Shown here: positions 48,386-58,439 of the stretch, piece by piece
How the letters are laid out: each line of letters opens with the position of its first letter
How positions within the stretch are numbered: the first letter of the stretch is position 1
Source of the DNA: an uncultured bacterium
Lineage (GTDB): Bacteria > Actinomycetota > Thermoleophilia > Solirubrobacterales > 70-9
Direction: 5' to 3'
Assembly (NCBI GenBank): GCA_963807755.1
Contig: CAWECM010000004.1
Coordinates: 46,543 to 110,542 of the forward strand
Length of the DNA stretch: 64,000 nucleotides
Notes under the pieces: model-generated
Database searches by the model: none
Seen by the model: only the letters and a program-made list of their open reading frames with translations
What the model was told of the DNA's origin: nothing
Program-made: the position numbers and the translations under genes

Positions 48386-48784
48386 CTACTCCCCCACCCC
48401 GGCGGCTTCGAGGGCCTGATTGCGGTCGGCGAAGATTCGGATCATCTTGATCTTGCCGTCCGCGAGGTCGTAGACATTCCCGGTGGCCGTCTCGGTCGGA
48501 ATGCCACTCGCTCGAAAGGTTGCGGTCACGCGCATGAGGACCAAGACCCGGTTTGGCCCGACCTCCTCCAGACGCTCGATGGTGAGCTTGAAGTCGGGAC
48601 CAGCGTCGGCTATGTCCGCGAAGAAGCGGCGGATGCCTTCGCGACCGACGTACGCTCCAGCAACGTCGGCTATGGGGGTGATCAGCTGGACGTCCTCCGT
48701 GCAGCAGGCAAGGTACCGGTCGATATCCCTCTGGTTGACGGACGCAACAGCCCGCTTGACCAACTCGACGTTCTCGTCAGACAT
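48386..48784 (-). CDS. SnoaL-like / NTF2-fold protein
   Basis: ORF trimmed to ATG 48782-48784 (MSDENVELVKRAVASVNQRDIDRYLACCTEDVQ...). Confidence 0.7.
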   Translation of the reverse strand: MSDENVELVKRAVASVNQRDIDRYLACCTEDVQLITPIADVAGAYVGREGIRRFFADIADAGPDFKLTIERLEEVGPNRVLVLMRVTATFRASGIPTETATGNVYDLADGKIKMIRIFADRNQALEAAGVGE

Positions 48785-48885
48785 CGCCCGGGCAGTATCT
48801 CGCGATTCATTGCGCTTTCCATGCAAAGCGAAATTGCGCTTCTCGTCCGAAGTGCACCGCATTCGCGGCCATCATCGGCTAGAAC

Positions 48886-49422
48886 ATGCGGGGGGCACTG
48901 CCCACCGCCTGGCAGAGAGGGGTGTTCGTGCGAGCCCGCGACCGACTGACGTACGCGAACGTGATGGCGACGATCGCCGTGTTCGGAGTCCTGGCCGGGG
49001 GTGGGGCATATGCGGCCTCGAAGATCGGGACGAGCGACATCGACAGGCACGCGGTCACCCACCCCAAGCTGGCCAAGGACTCCGTCCGACCACGATGTTG
49101 CTCGCTGGACGCCCGCTGCGGGGCCGTTGCAACATCGTGCAGGGTGCGCGGAGACGAACACGTTGAGACCACCCACGAGGGCGTGCCGTATCCGTTGCCG
49201 GGCGCAAGCTGGACCCAGTCCGGCGACGCCTTGAACTTGGTCTACGGGAAGGTCGTGGCAGACATCCCACCCGGGTGCGGAGATGGTCCAAGCACACCCG
49301 AGATTTATTTCGCGGTTGACATCTCCCTCGACGGCGGGTTTCTGGGTCGGGTGACCAACGACAACGGCACGTTCGGACCATTTCTGATCTGGGAACCGGG
49401 GGAGACGCGAAGCGAACGCTGA
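48886..49422 (+). CDS. hypothetical protein with N-terminal TM anchor
   Basis: 178 aa: LTYANVMATIAVFGVLAGGGAYAA. Cysteine/arginine-rich middle section that could hide another frame error. Visibly lower-GC region. Confidence 0.4.
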   Translation: MRGALPTAWQRGVFVRARDRLTYANVMATIAVFGVLAGGGAYAASKIGTSDIDRHAVTHPKLAKDSVRPRCCSLDARCGAVATSCRVRGDEHVETTHEGVPYPLPGASWTQSGDALNLVYGKVVADIPPGCGDGPSTPEIYFAVDISLDGGFLGRVTNDNGTFGPFLIWEPGETRSER

Positions 49423-49642
49423 CCGCGAGCACGGGTGATTCATGCAACCCGGATGCCGATCCGCCCTTGCATGCGACGGTGCTTTCAGTGGAGGCCGACG
49501 TAGTCGAGTTTCGCTGAGCGCACGGTGCCTGAATGCGGGGGAGGCTGAGTGTTGCTTTCCATGCTAGGCGGATGTTCCCCTCCGCCGGGGCGCATAACGC
49601 ACCACAGAATCCCGACCTGGCCGGGCCCACCTGAACCAATAG

Positions 49643-49663
49643 AAAAACCCCGCCGGAGCGGGG
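49643..49663 (-). terminator. intrinsic terminator after tRNA-Gly
   Basis: On the minus strand: CCCCGC-TCCG-GCGGGG followed by TTTTT, 10 nt after the tRNA 3' end. Confidence 0.65.
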
Positions 49664-49673
49664 CTCTCCCTAG

Positions 49674-49747
49674 AGCGGCTGATCGGATTCGAACCGACGA
49701 CCTTCTGCATGGCAAGCAGACGCTCTAGCCAACTGAGCTACAGCCGC
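49674..49747 (-). tRNA. tRNA-Gly (anticodon GCC)
   Basis: Folded by hand: GCGGCTG/CAGCCGC acceptor, TCTGC-TTGCCAT-GCAGA anticodon arm, GTCGG-TTCGAAT-CCGAT T arm, discriminator T. 74 nt. Confidence 0.9.
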
Positions 49748-49760
49748 GCGAGCGGGGATT

Positions 49761-50735
49761 CTAGCTCGCCGAGTCGAGCGCCTGGGCGACGAAGTCGCCG
49801 AGCTCGTCGTCGAACCGCTCGGCCGCCTCCCAGAACGGCATGTGCCCGACGCCGTCGTACCAGGACGCAACCGCAGGCGCACAGGAGCCGAGCACGTGCT
49901 CAGCCATCGATGGCAGGACGATCGCGTCGTCGCGGCCGTGGCTCACGAGCACCGGGACCGACAGGCTCGAGAGGGCGTCGTCGCCGTCGATCTCGCGAGC
50001 GATCAGTGCGCCGCGGACCCCGGGTGGAACGACCATGTTCCAGCAGAGCGCGATGACCCATTCGTCCCGCTCGAGCGGTTGAGCCGTGCAAGCGCGCAGA
50101 AAGCGGCGGACCGCGGCGATGTTGGTGCCGAGGTCCAGCGCGCACATCTCCTGCGCGTTCTCCAGCAACCCCGGCCCAAGATGGTCGAACGTCGGCGGCC
50201 TCAGGATCGTCGCCCCGCCGACGAGGTTGATCCCGCCCAAGTCCGCGTCCCCGTAGGCGCGCAGGTAATCGGTGACGATGAACCCGCCGTAGGACCAGGC
50301 GACCACCACCGGCTGGTCGAGGGCGGTCTGCCGAATCACCGCCGCGATGTCGTCGGCCCAGAGCTGGCCGTCGGCGTACGCCTCCTGATCCGCCGGCTGC
50401 TCGGACAGGCCGTGGCCGCGGATGTCGAAGGTGACGATTCGGTGGGCGGCGGCGAGACTCCCGCTCACCTGCTTCGTCCAGCAAACATCACATTGCGAAA
50501 GGCCGTGCACGAACAGGATCGCGGGGCCGTCCGGGTCGCCCCACTCGCGGACATGGAGCCGCACTCCCCCGCCGCCTCGAACCTCGTGCGTCGCGACCGG
50601 CTCGGCTCGGAGAGTCCGATCGTCGACGAGTGCCCCCTGTGCGTTCCACCGCGTGTTCCTCCGTTCTCGGGTCTCTGACTTCCATTCCGGCCCGACCCTA
50701 TGGAGGCGGGTTCCGGCCGGCATCGGTGTCACCAC
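49761..50735 (-). CDS. alpha/beta hydrolase
   Basis: ILFVHGLSQC...VVAWSYGG...GHMPFWE. The start is uncertain: GTG 50735 or ATG 50723. Confidence 0.8.
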   Translation of the reverse strand: MVTPMPAGTRLHRVGPEWKSETRERRNTRWNAQGALVDDRTLRAEPVATHEVRGGGGVRLHVREWGDPDGPAILFVHGLSQCDVCWTKQVSGSLAAAHRIVTFDIRGHGLSEQPADQEAYADGQLWADDIAAVIRQTALDQPVVVAWSYGGFIVTDYLRAYGDADLGGINLVGGATILRPPTFDHLGPGLLENAQEMCALDLGTNIAAVRRFLRACTAQPLERDEWVIALCWNMVVPPGVRGALIAREIDGDDALSSLSVPVLVSHGRDDAIVLPSMAEHVLGSCAPAVASWYDGVGHMPFWEAAERFDDELGDFVAQALDSAS

Positions 50736-50783
50736 CCAACTTCAGCCCGGCCGCGTGGCGGTCTACACGCAGCGCGCGTTCGT

Positions 50784-51888
50784 TCAAGGACGGGGGATCG
50801 ACGCCTCCGAAGACTGCGAGAAGCGGGCCGCGGCGGCGGCCCGTGCCGCCTTTCCCGAGACGCCGAGCTTCGCGTAGACGTTGGATAGATGTCGCTCCAC
50901 GGTCCGCACGCTGAGGTAGAGGCGGTCGGCGATCGCCTCGTTCGTGAGCCCCGCGGCCACCAGCTCGAGCACCTCGAGCTCCCGAGCGCTCAGGTCCGCC
51001 GTGACCGAGGGCTCCGGCGGGGCCGGCCCGGCGCGGAGGAAAGCACGCAGCTCGGAGATGAAGTACGCCCACGCGGGCTCGTCCGCAAGCAGGATGTGGT
51101 TCGCGGACTCGAGCAGGATCAGGCGCGCGCCTGGGGATCAGGGAGGCCAGCAGCCTTCCCTCCTCGACCGGGACCACGCGATCGCCCCGGGCATGGATCA
51201 CGAGTGTCGAGGCACGTACCTGTGGCGCCAGGGCCCGAACGTCGAGCCCGCCGCGCGCCTCGAAGAGACGTATCGCTGTCTCGGATGAGGTCGAATTGCG
51301 GAGCAACTCCTCGTACCACTTCATCTGCTCGGCTGTGCCCTCGGGCAGGAACAGTGCGCTGAACACGCGACGGAAGGTCGGGTCGGCCGTATCCCAGCCC
51401 GCGCGGATCGCCGCGACCACGGCGTCCTCCTCCTTGCGCTGTCCCCGATGCCGGCGGCCCCGCGCGTAGCCGCCGTAGAGCACGAGGTCGGACACCCGGT
51501 CCGGATTCGCAGCCGCGTATGCAACCGCAATCGCTGCACCCTGGGAGACGCCGAGCAAGGTGAAGCGGTCCAACCCGGCCGCGTCGACGACGGTCTCGAG
51601 GTCCCCGACCCAGGTCTCGAGTGAGAGATCTCCGACCTCGGCGTCCGAGAGGCCGCACCCGCGCTCGTCGTAGCGGACGACGGTATGGCGCTCGCCCAGA
51701 GCGGTCAGCCAGTGATTCCAGACCGGGCTCTCCCAGTCGAAGTCGAGATGCGTCAGCCAGGTCGCCACCCGCACGAGCGGCGGCCCCCGGCCGTGCACCG
51801 CGTACGCGAGCCCGACGCCGTCGGGCGCGGTACAGAAGCGAACCTCCTGGTTCACCCCAGGACCGTACCGCGTCACCGACGTGGTCAA
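50784..51888 (-). pseudogene. alpha/beta-hydrolase-fold domain fused to LuxR-type HTH regulator, one frame break
   Basis: The hydrolase-like N-terminal domain is in ORF 50698..51888 (...LLGVSQGAAIAVAYA...). After ...EEGRLLASLIP the protein continues in another frame as ARLILLESANHILLADEPAWAYF...LSARELEVLELVAAGLTNEAIADRLYLSVRTVERHLSNVYAKLGV (ORF 50784..50972 tail). The extra base is near 51132. Confidence 0.75.
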
Positions 51889-52289
51889 CTAGCAGCGTCG
51901 AGTGCCTGGTTGACCAGGTCGTCCGCGTGGGCGTTGTCGTCCCGCCGGACGTGGTCGAACGTCCACTCTCCCATCTCGGCGAGTGCGGCACGGGCCGCGG
52001 CGTGAAGGGGCTTCAGGCCGGCGTCCTTCACCTTGTACTCGCCCCGCACCTGCTTGACGACCAGCTCGGAATCGCCATAGATCTCGAGCTCCCTGGCCCC
52101 GTGCTCCCGAGCCAGCTCAATGCCACGCAGCAGCGCCCTGTACTCCGCGACGTTGTTGGTGGCGACGCCGATCGTTTCCCCCACCGCGTGCACGACCTCA
52201 CCCGACGGGTCGGCGATCACCACACCGACAGCGGCAGGTCCCGGGTTGCCGCGGGCCCCGCCGTCCACGTGGACGACAAGCCTGCTCAA
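51885..52289 (-). CDS. rnhA: ribonuclease HI family protein
   Basis: 134 aa: VHVDGGARGNPGPAAVGVV...NNVAEYRALLRGIELA...IYGDSELVVKQ...R..NAHADDL. Confidence 0.85.
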   Translation of the reverse strand: MSRLVVHVDGGARGNPGPAAVGVVIADPSGEVVHAVGETIGVATNNVAEYRALLRGIELAREHGARELEIYGDSELVVKQVRGEYKVKDAGLKPLHAAARAALAEMGEWTFDHVRRDDNAHADDLVNQALDAAS

Positions 52290-54370
52290 GACGCGACTTC
52301 GGCTTCCGCCTGACTCGCGGTGATCACCTTCTGCGCAATGTGACCGGGGACTTCCTCGTAGCGGACGAACTCGAGCTTGTACTCGCCGCGGCCGCCGGTG
52401 ATGGCGCGCAGGTCGGGCGCGTAGTCGAGGACCTCGGCCATCGGCACCTCGGCCTTGATTTCGGTCATCGACCCCTTCGGTTCCATCCCGAGCGGGCGCC
52501 CGCGACGCGAATTGAGATCGCCGATCACGTCGCCGACGGCGTCCTCGGGCGCGGCGATCGTCACCAGGACGATCGGCTCGAGCAGGTAGGGCTCGGCGTC
52601 CCGCGCCGCCTGCTGGAAGGCCATCGAGCCGGCGATCTTGAACGCCATCTCGGACGAATCGACCGTGTGGTACTGGCCGTCGTAGAGGCGGACCCGGACG
52701 TCCTTCACGGGATACCCGGCCAGGACGCCCTTGGCCATCTGCTCCTCGATCCCCTTCTCGACCGCCGGAATGAAGCCGCCGGGGATCACACCACCCTTGA
52801 TCGCGTTCACGAACTCGAACCCGGCGCCCTCGGCGGGCTCGATCTCGATGTGGCAGTCGCCGAACTGGCCGCGTCCCCCGGTCTGCTTCTTGTAGCGGCC
52901 GTGCGCCTTGGCCGGCTTCCGGATCGTTTCGAGATACGGGACCTGCGGGGGATGCAGCTCGATCTCCGCGCCGAAACGGCGCTTGATGCGGTCGACGATC
53001 ACCTCGACGTGGACCTGTGTGAGGCCGGCGATGATCTGCTCGCCGGTCTGCGGATCGCGATGGACGTCGAGCGTCGGGTCCTCCTCGGTGAGCCGGCGGA
53101 TGGCCGTCGCCGCCTTCTCCTCATCGCCCTTCGACTTCGGCTCGTACGCGAAGGCCATGACCGGCGACGGAAGGTCCAGCGGCGGGAAATGGATCTCGGT
53201 CGGCTTCTCGGCCACGACGTCGCCCGCGCGGGTCTCCTTGAGCTTGGCGACCGCGCCGATGTCCCCGGGGCCCAGCTCATCGACCGGGTCCATCTCCTTG
53301 CCCCACGGCGAGGCGAGCTGCCCCACGCGCTCCTTCACGCCGCGCGTGGCGTTCAGGACGTGGGAGTCGGAGCGCAGCACCCCGGACTCCACCCGCAGGA
53401 GGTTGATCCGCCCCGTATAGGGGTCGGCGGTGGTCTTGAACACGTAGGCGAGCAGCTCCCCCGACTCGTCGGGCGCAATGTCCTCGTCCGCGTCCTCGGC
53501 GCCCAGCGCGTGAATTGCGCCCCGCATCGCCGGCGAGGGCAGGTCCTCGAGCAGAGCCTCGAGCAGCCGGTCCGCGCCCAGGTTCTTGGTCGCGATGCCG
53601 CAGGTCACGGGGAACAGGTGCCCCTCGGTGACGCCCTTCTTGAGCGCCGTGACGATTTCTGAGTGCGAGATTTCCTCGCCCTCCAGATACCGCTCCATCA
53701 GCTCGTCCGAGTTCTCCGCGACCTCGTCCATCAGCTTCTCCCGGTACTCCTGGGCGCGGTCGGCGAGATCGCCGGGAATCTCCGCCTCGGTCGAGTTACC
53801 GCGGCCTTCGCCCTCGTAGACGAATGCCTTCATGTCGATCAGGTCGATCACGCCCCGGACGTCGTGCTCCGAGCCGATCGGGATCTCGGTCGCGACGACG
53901 TGCGGGCCGAAGGCCGTCTTCAGGGAGTCGAGCGTGCGGAAGAAGTCGGCGCGCTCGCGATCCAGCATGTTCACGAAGATCAGGCGCGAGAGCCCCTCGT
54001 CCGCCGCCCGCTTCCACAGGCGCTCCGTATGCACCTCGAGTCCGGTGACGGCGTTCACGACGACCACGACCGAGTCGACGACGCGCATCGCGGCCAGGGC
54101 GTCGGCGACGAAGCTGGGCTCGCCGGGAGTGTCGATCAGATTGATCTTGCGGTCGTGGAAGTCAATCGAGGCGACCGCCGCGTCGATCGTCATCTGCCGG
54201 TCGTGCTCGTCGTCCTCGTAATCGCAAACCGTTGTGCCGTCCACGACCGAGCCGAGCCGATTCGTCTTTCCGGCCTCGAACAGGATCGCCTCGGCCAGGC
54301 TGGTCTTGCCGCTGCCGCGGTGCCCGATCAGGGCGACGTTTCGAATCCGGTCCGGAGGCCTGTGGCCCAT
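52286..54370 (-). CDS. elongation factor G family GTPase (paralog; not in an rpsL-rpsG-fusA-tuf context)
   Basis: 694 aa: IRNVALIGHRGSGKTSLAEAIL...DTPG...VNMLD, followed by EF-G domains II-V. Confidence 0.9.
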   Translation of the reverse strand: MGHRPPDRIRNVALIGHRGSGKTSLAEAILFEAGKTNRLGSVVDGTTVCDYEDDEHDRQMTIDAAVASIDFHDRKINLIDTPGEPSFVADALAAMRVVDSVVVVVNAVTGLEVHTERLWKRAADEGLSRLIFVNMLDRERADFFRTLDSLKTAFGPHVVATEIPIGSEHDVRGVIDLIDMKAFVYEGEGRGNSTEAEIPGDLADRAQEYREKLMDEVAENSDELMERYLEGEEISHSEIVTALKKGVTEGHLFPVTCGIATKNLGADRLLEALLEDLPSPAMRGAIHALGAEDADEDIAPDESGELLAYVFKTTADPYTGRINLLRVESGVLRSDSHVLNATRGVKERVGQLASPWGKEMDPVDELGPGDIGAVAKLKETRAGDVVAEKPTEIHFPPLDLPSPVMAFAYEPKSKGDEEKAATAIRRLTEEDPTLDVHRDPQTGEQIIAGLTQVHVEVIVDRIKRRFGAEIELHPPQVPYLETIRKPAKAHGRYKKQTGGRGQFGDCHIEIEPAEGAGFEFVNAIKGGVIPGGFIPAVEKGIEEQMAKGVLAGYPVKDVRVRLYDGQYHTVDSSEMAFKIAGSMAFQQAARDAEPYLLEPIVLVTIAAPEDAVGDVIGDLNSRRGRPLGMEPKGSMTEIKAEVPMAEVLDYAPDLRAITGGRGEYKLEFVRYEEVPGHIAQKVITASQAEAEVAS

Positions 54371-54385
54371 CGACCGGGAATCTAT

Positions 54386-55174
54386 CTATAGGGGCGAGGC
54401 TTGGAAGCGCGAGCGCAGCGCCAGCACCGACTTCGTATGGAGCTGGGAGACGCGCGACTCGGTCACGCCGAGGACCTCTCCGATCTCGCGAAGGGTCAGG
54501 TTCTCGTAGTAGTAGAGCGCGATCACGAGACGCTCACGCTCTGGCAGCGACTCGATCGCGTCCGCCAGGCGGTCCTTGAGCTCGGCCGTGTGCGCCTCCG
54601 ACTCGGGGTCGAGAGCGTTCGGGTCCTGGATCGTGTCCAACACCGAGATCTGGCCGCCGCTGCCGTCGGGATCGGCGAACGTCCACAGGTCGTCCAGGGC
54701 CAGCACCGACGAGTTTGCGATCTGGAGCAGCGCATCGCGAAACTCCTCAACCGATAACTCGAGCTTCTCCGCCATTTCCTCGTCCGTCGGTGCGCGTCCG
54801 TACTCGGCCTCGAGGGCGGCGTTGGCCCGTTCGACGTCTCGCGCGCGGGCGCGGACGCTCCGCGGGACCCAGTCAAGCGAGCGGAGCTCGTCGATGATCG
54901 CGCCCTTGATCCGGGCCACCGCGAACGTTTCGAACTTGATCTCGCGCTCGAGATCGAAACGCTCGATGGCGCCGATCAACCCGAGTAGCCCGTAGGACAC
55001 GAGGTCGCCCTCGTCCACGTGCGAGGGCAGGCCGGACGCCATCCGCCCCGCGATGAACTTGACCAGGGGCGAATAGGCGACGACGAGCCTCTCCCGTGCT
55101 CGTTCATCCCCGTCGTCCTTGTAGCTGCGCCAGAGCTCACGCAGCTCGACTGCCTTGACGTTGATCTCCATCAT
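54386..55174 (-). CDS. whiG: FliA/WhiG family RNA polymerase sigma factor
   Basis: 262 aa: LVVAYSPLVKFIAGR...DLVSYGLLGLIGAIERFD...FETFAVARIKGAIIDELRSLDWVPR...LTLREIGEVLGVTESRVSQLH. Confidence 0.88.
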   Translation of the reverse strand: MMEINVKAVELRELWRSYKDDGDERARERLVVAYSPLVKFIAGRMASGLPSHVDEGDLVSYGLLGLIGAIERFDLEREIKFETFAVARIKGAIIDELRSLDWVPRSVRARARDVERANAALEAEYGRAPTDEEMAEKLELSVEEFRDALLQIANSSVLALDDLWTFADPDGSGGQISVLDTIQDPNALDPESEAHTAELKDRLADAIESLPERERLVIALYYYENLTLREIGEVLGVTESRVSQLHTKSVLALRSRFQASPL

Positions 55175-55216
55175 TCGTCCAAAGCTGAACCGGGAACGTT
55201 AGCCATCCAAGCCACC

Positions 55217-56152
55217 TCACGCGCGGGGATGCGCGCGCTGGTACTCCTGTCGCAGCCGCGAGGGCTCCACCCGTGTGTAGACCTGGGTCGTCGAGACGCT
55301 GGCGTGGCCGAGGAGCTCCTGGATCGAGCGCAGGTCGGCGCCCCCTTCCAGGAGGTGCGTGGCGAACGAATGCCGGAGCGCGTGGGGCGAAACCCGCCCA
55401 GCCACGGCCAGCTTCGAAACCCACTTCTGCAGCCGCCTGCGGACGTCCGAGGTCGAGAGTCGCCGCCCCGTCCGCGACAGGAAGAGCGCCGGCTCGTCGC
55501 GACGTTCGGCAAGCGCGTGCCGGCTGGCCTCCAGGTATCGGCGAAGGGCCTTTTGCGCCGGCTCTCCGATCGGCGTCAGGCGCTCCTTCGACCCCTTCCC
55601 GAAGACGCGTATCTGCTCCCCGTCGAAGTCGATCGCGCTCAGGTCAAGGTTCACGATCTCCTCGGCGCGCAAGCCGCACGAGTACGCCAGTTCGAACATC
55701 GCCCGATCCCGGATCTCGAGCGGAGTGCGCGCCGGGATCCGATCCAAGAGCTCCGCGACCTGGTCACGTCCGAGGGCTCGCGGTAGGCGCTGCTCGCGCT
55801 TCGGCGTCGGCAGCAGCTCGGCAGGGTTCGACTCGATCGCCCCCGCTTTCAACATTCCGTCGAAGAAGCTCCGCACGGCGGCCAGCTTGCGGGCGATGCT
55901 GGACTTCGCCAGACCGCGCCCGGAAAGGGCGGCCGCGAACCCACGCAGGTCGCGGTAGCGCAGATCGGGCGGCTCCGACCCCCGCGCTGTCGCCCAGCCC
56001 GCCAGCTCCGTGAGATCGGCGCCGTAGGCACGCTTGGTCGCGGCGGCCACGCCACGACGATCCTGGTCCCGTGCGAACGCCAGCAGGGCGGCCTCCCAGC
56101 GGGGGCTGATCTCCGTCCCCTCCGCGCCCTCGCGTGCGGTCGCCTGCGGCAT
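55217..56152 (-). CDS. xerC: tyrosine recombinase XerC/XerD
   Basis: ORF trimmed to ATG 56150-56152. ...ELAYSCGLRAEE...GKGSKER...HALRHSFATHLLEGGADLRSIQELLGHASVSTTQVYT (R-H-R-Y catalytic signature). Confidence 0.9.
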   Translation of the reverse strand: MPQATAREGAEGTEISPRWEAALLAFARDQDRRGVAAATKRAYGADLTELAGWATARGSEPPDLRYRDLRGFAAALSGRGLAKSSIARKLAAVRSFFDGMLKAGAIESNPAELLPTPKREQRLPRALGRDQVAELLDRIPARTPLEIRDRAMFELAYSCGLRAEEIVNLDLSAIDFDGEQIRVFGKGSKERLTPIGEPAQKALRRYLEASRHALAERRDEPALFLSRTGRRLSTSDVRRRLQKWVSKLAVAGRVSPHALRHSFATHLLEGGADLRSIQELLGHASVSTTQVYTRVEPSRLRQEYQRAHPRA

Positions 56153-56227
56153 GCGTAGGAGCTTCCCCTGGGAGCCCAGTCCCCTACCCACGCAACCAAA
56201 CTGCCGCGCCGGATCTGCGGGCGCCGC

Positions 56228-57267
56228 TTAGCGCCGATGTAGATCGGAGTTCCGACGGGGACCTGGTCGTAGAGCTCGATCACGTCGTCCACCGCCATGC
56301 GAACGCAACCGTGGGACGCCGCGCTCCCGAGGGAGCCGACGTCGTCGGTCCCGTGGATGCCGGCGCCGTCGAAGATGCCCATCCAGCGCGCCTTGAGCGG
56401 GTTTTCCGGGACGCCGCCCGGCACGACGGTGCCGGCGAGGTCGCCCGCCCAATCGCTGTCCGGGACGCTCCATGCCGGGTCGACGGCCTTGTTCTGGATC
56501 GCGTATTCGCCCGCCGGCGTGTCGAAGCCCGCGGCGCCGATCGCCACGGTGTATGTCTTGCTCAGTTCGAGGTTCTCCCAGAGCTTGAGCTCGAAGGTCG
56601 AGCGGTTCACCGTGAGGTAGACCGGGTATTGCTCGGAGAGCTCCTTGGTGGTGACCTCGGGCTGGACCGTGTCGACCGCTGCCTTGACGCGGCGGTGGTT
56701 CGGACTCTGGACCGCAGCGGTCAGCGCCTCGTGAAGCTCATCCTCGCGGAGCGTCTGACCCTCCTGGCCGGGGACGGGCTCGATCGCGTTCTCGGTGGGC
56801 TGAACGGACGCATTGACCGGCTCGCGGTTGATTTCGCCGGCGATCTTGTTGACGATGGCCGCGACCTCGCCCTTGTCGTAGAGCACCTCGGGCTCGATCG
56901 ACTCATCGACCTCTCCGCCGGTCGCGTAGCGCACGAGCCGGGTGGGCAGGCCGCCCTCCTGGCTTGCGTCCAGCGCCCGGTCGACCATGCCCTCGACGTC
57001 GGCGCGGACGTCGAGCTTCTCCGAGTTCAGCTTGTACTTGACGCCGTCGTAGGTGGCCACCAGGTCGCGGTCGAGAGGGTCGATCAGCTCCTCGGTGACG
57101 AGCGCCTCCGCCTGCCGCTCGGTCAGCCCGCCGACGTCGACGCCGCCGATGTCAACTCCCTCGGCGATCTCGTCCGAGCGCGAGGAATCCCACGCGTAAG
57201 CGCCAACGGCGGCCCCCAGCAAGAGCACCACCGCCAAGGTGAGTGCGATGTAAAGCTTGCGTCCCAC
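56228..57267 (-). pseudogene. L,D-transpeptidase (YkuD domain) with N-terminal anchor; natural stop apparently lost
   Basis: ORF 55849..57267. Signal anchor MGRKLYIALTLAVVLLLGAAVGAYA, and a catalytic ...GIHGTDDVGSLGSAASHGCVRMAVDD... region ending GTPIYIGA. A TAA at 56228-56230 is one base out of frame. As written, the ORF runs about 125 more codons across the xerC start. Confidence 0.75.
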
Positions 57268-57352
57268 GGACTTCAGAAAGTGTAGTCAGGGATTCTCCGT
57301 AGTTCCCTGCCCTCCTGCCTACGGCGCAAGCGCGGATTCAGATGTCCCGGCC

Positions 57353-58439
57353 TCAGATGCCGAGCGGCTCGTGATCGGCCTCGACGCCCTCGGATCGGCG
57401 CTCACGACGCACGTGCGGGCTCCAGCGCAGGAACTCCTCGACCTCGCGCTCGTAGGTGAACCCCTCGTCAACCCCGCGCATCACCGGGTCGACCCGGAGG
57501 TGATGGCCGAACTTGGCCACCGCCTCGCGCGAGGTGTGGCCGTAGCGGAAGCCCGTGGCCTGGAAGCGGCGGTTGTCGACGCCGCGCCCGAAGCGGAGCA
57601 GATTCAGCATCTCGTTGGGAATCCGGAAGCCGAGGCCGCGGAGCGGCCCCGCCAGGAGTCCCGCGCCCCAGGGCGGCAACACCGGCGCCGGGCGCTTGCC
57701 CAGGAGCGAGATCGCCTCGCTCAGCGCCAACACCCCGTCCGCCGCGACGTTGTAGATGCCCGGGGTCTCGCGGAGGCACGCAGTGCTCGAGCGCGTAGAC
57801 CACGTCGTCCTCGTGAACGAACTGCAGCCGCGGGTCGAAGCCCAGGACCATTGGCACAACCGGGAGGGCGAACATTCGCGTGAACGCCGTGTCGACGTCC
57901 GGCCCGAGCACGTTCGCGCACCGGAGGACCGTTACCTCCACCCCCGGGTGCTTCTCCGCGAACTCCGCAACGGCTCCCTCGGCCTCGCCGATGTCGCGTT
58001 CGAGCGGGGTTCGGGGTGGGTGGGGGCGTCGCATCGCCTCGAGGAAGAACGCCGGGTCGTCCTGCTCGGAGCCGTAGTAGTGGGTGGAGCTCTTGAAGAT
58101 GAACTTCCGGACCGGCGAGTCGCTGCCCGCACAGGCCGTGACGATGTTCATGGTGCCGATCACGTTGTTGTCGTGCGCGGACCGCGGCCGCTCGGTGACG
58201 GAATTCACGGTCAGTCTGCAGTCGACGACCGTGTCGATCTCCGCGGCCCGGACGATCCGCGAAAGCAGCGAATGCTGGTTCGTGACCTTCACGAACTCCG
58301 TCCGTTCGAGCTCCCGCGTCGGCTCGACGGAGTCGATGCCGATGATCGCCTCGACTTCCTCGAAGCCCTCGAGCGCCTGCGCCAGCCGGCCTCCCCAATA
58401 GGTCGAGATGCCGGCGATCAGGAGGTGGCGCCGGCTCAT
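57353..58439 (-). pseudogene. NAD-dependent epimerase/dehydratase (SDR) family protein, one frame break
   Basis: MSRRHLLIAGISTYWGGRLAQALE... is in the frame of ORF 57468..59363. The C-terminal part, LRETPGIYNVAADGVLALSEAI..., is in ORF 57353..57859. The switch is near 57775-57786. Confidence 0.75.

Noticed and set aside
52286-54370. Calling this gene the primary fusA.
   Set aside because: It is not next to rpsL/rpsG/tuf, and the N-terminus and G-domain loops differ from canonical EF-G, so an EF-G paralog is the safer call.
55217-56152. Tyrosine recombinase as a phage or island integrase.
   Set aside because: It has full XerC/D-type motifs and size. It sits in the conserved comM-dprA...xerC-whiG chromosomal context, is not adjacent to a tRNA or att repeat, and lies 5.5 kb from the tRNA-Gly islet with unrelated genes between.
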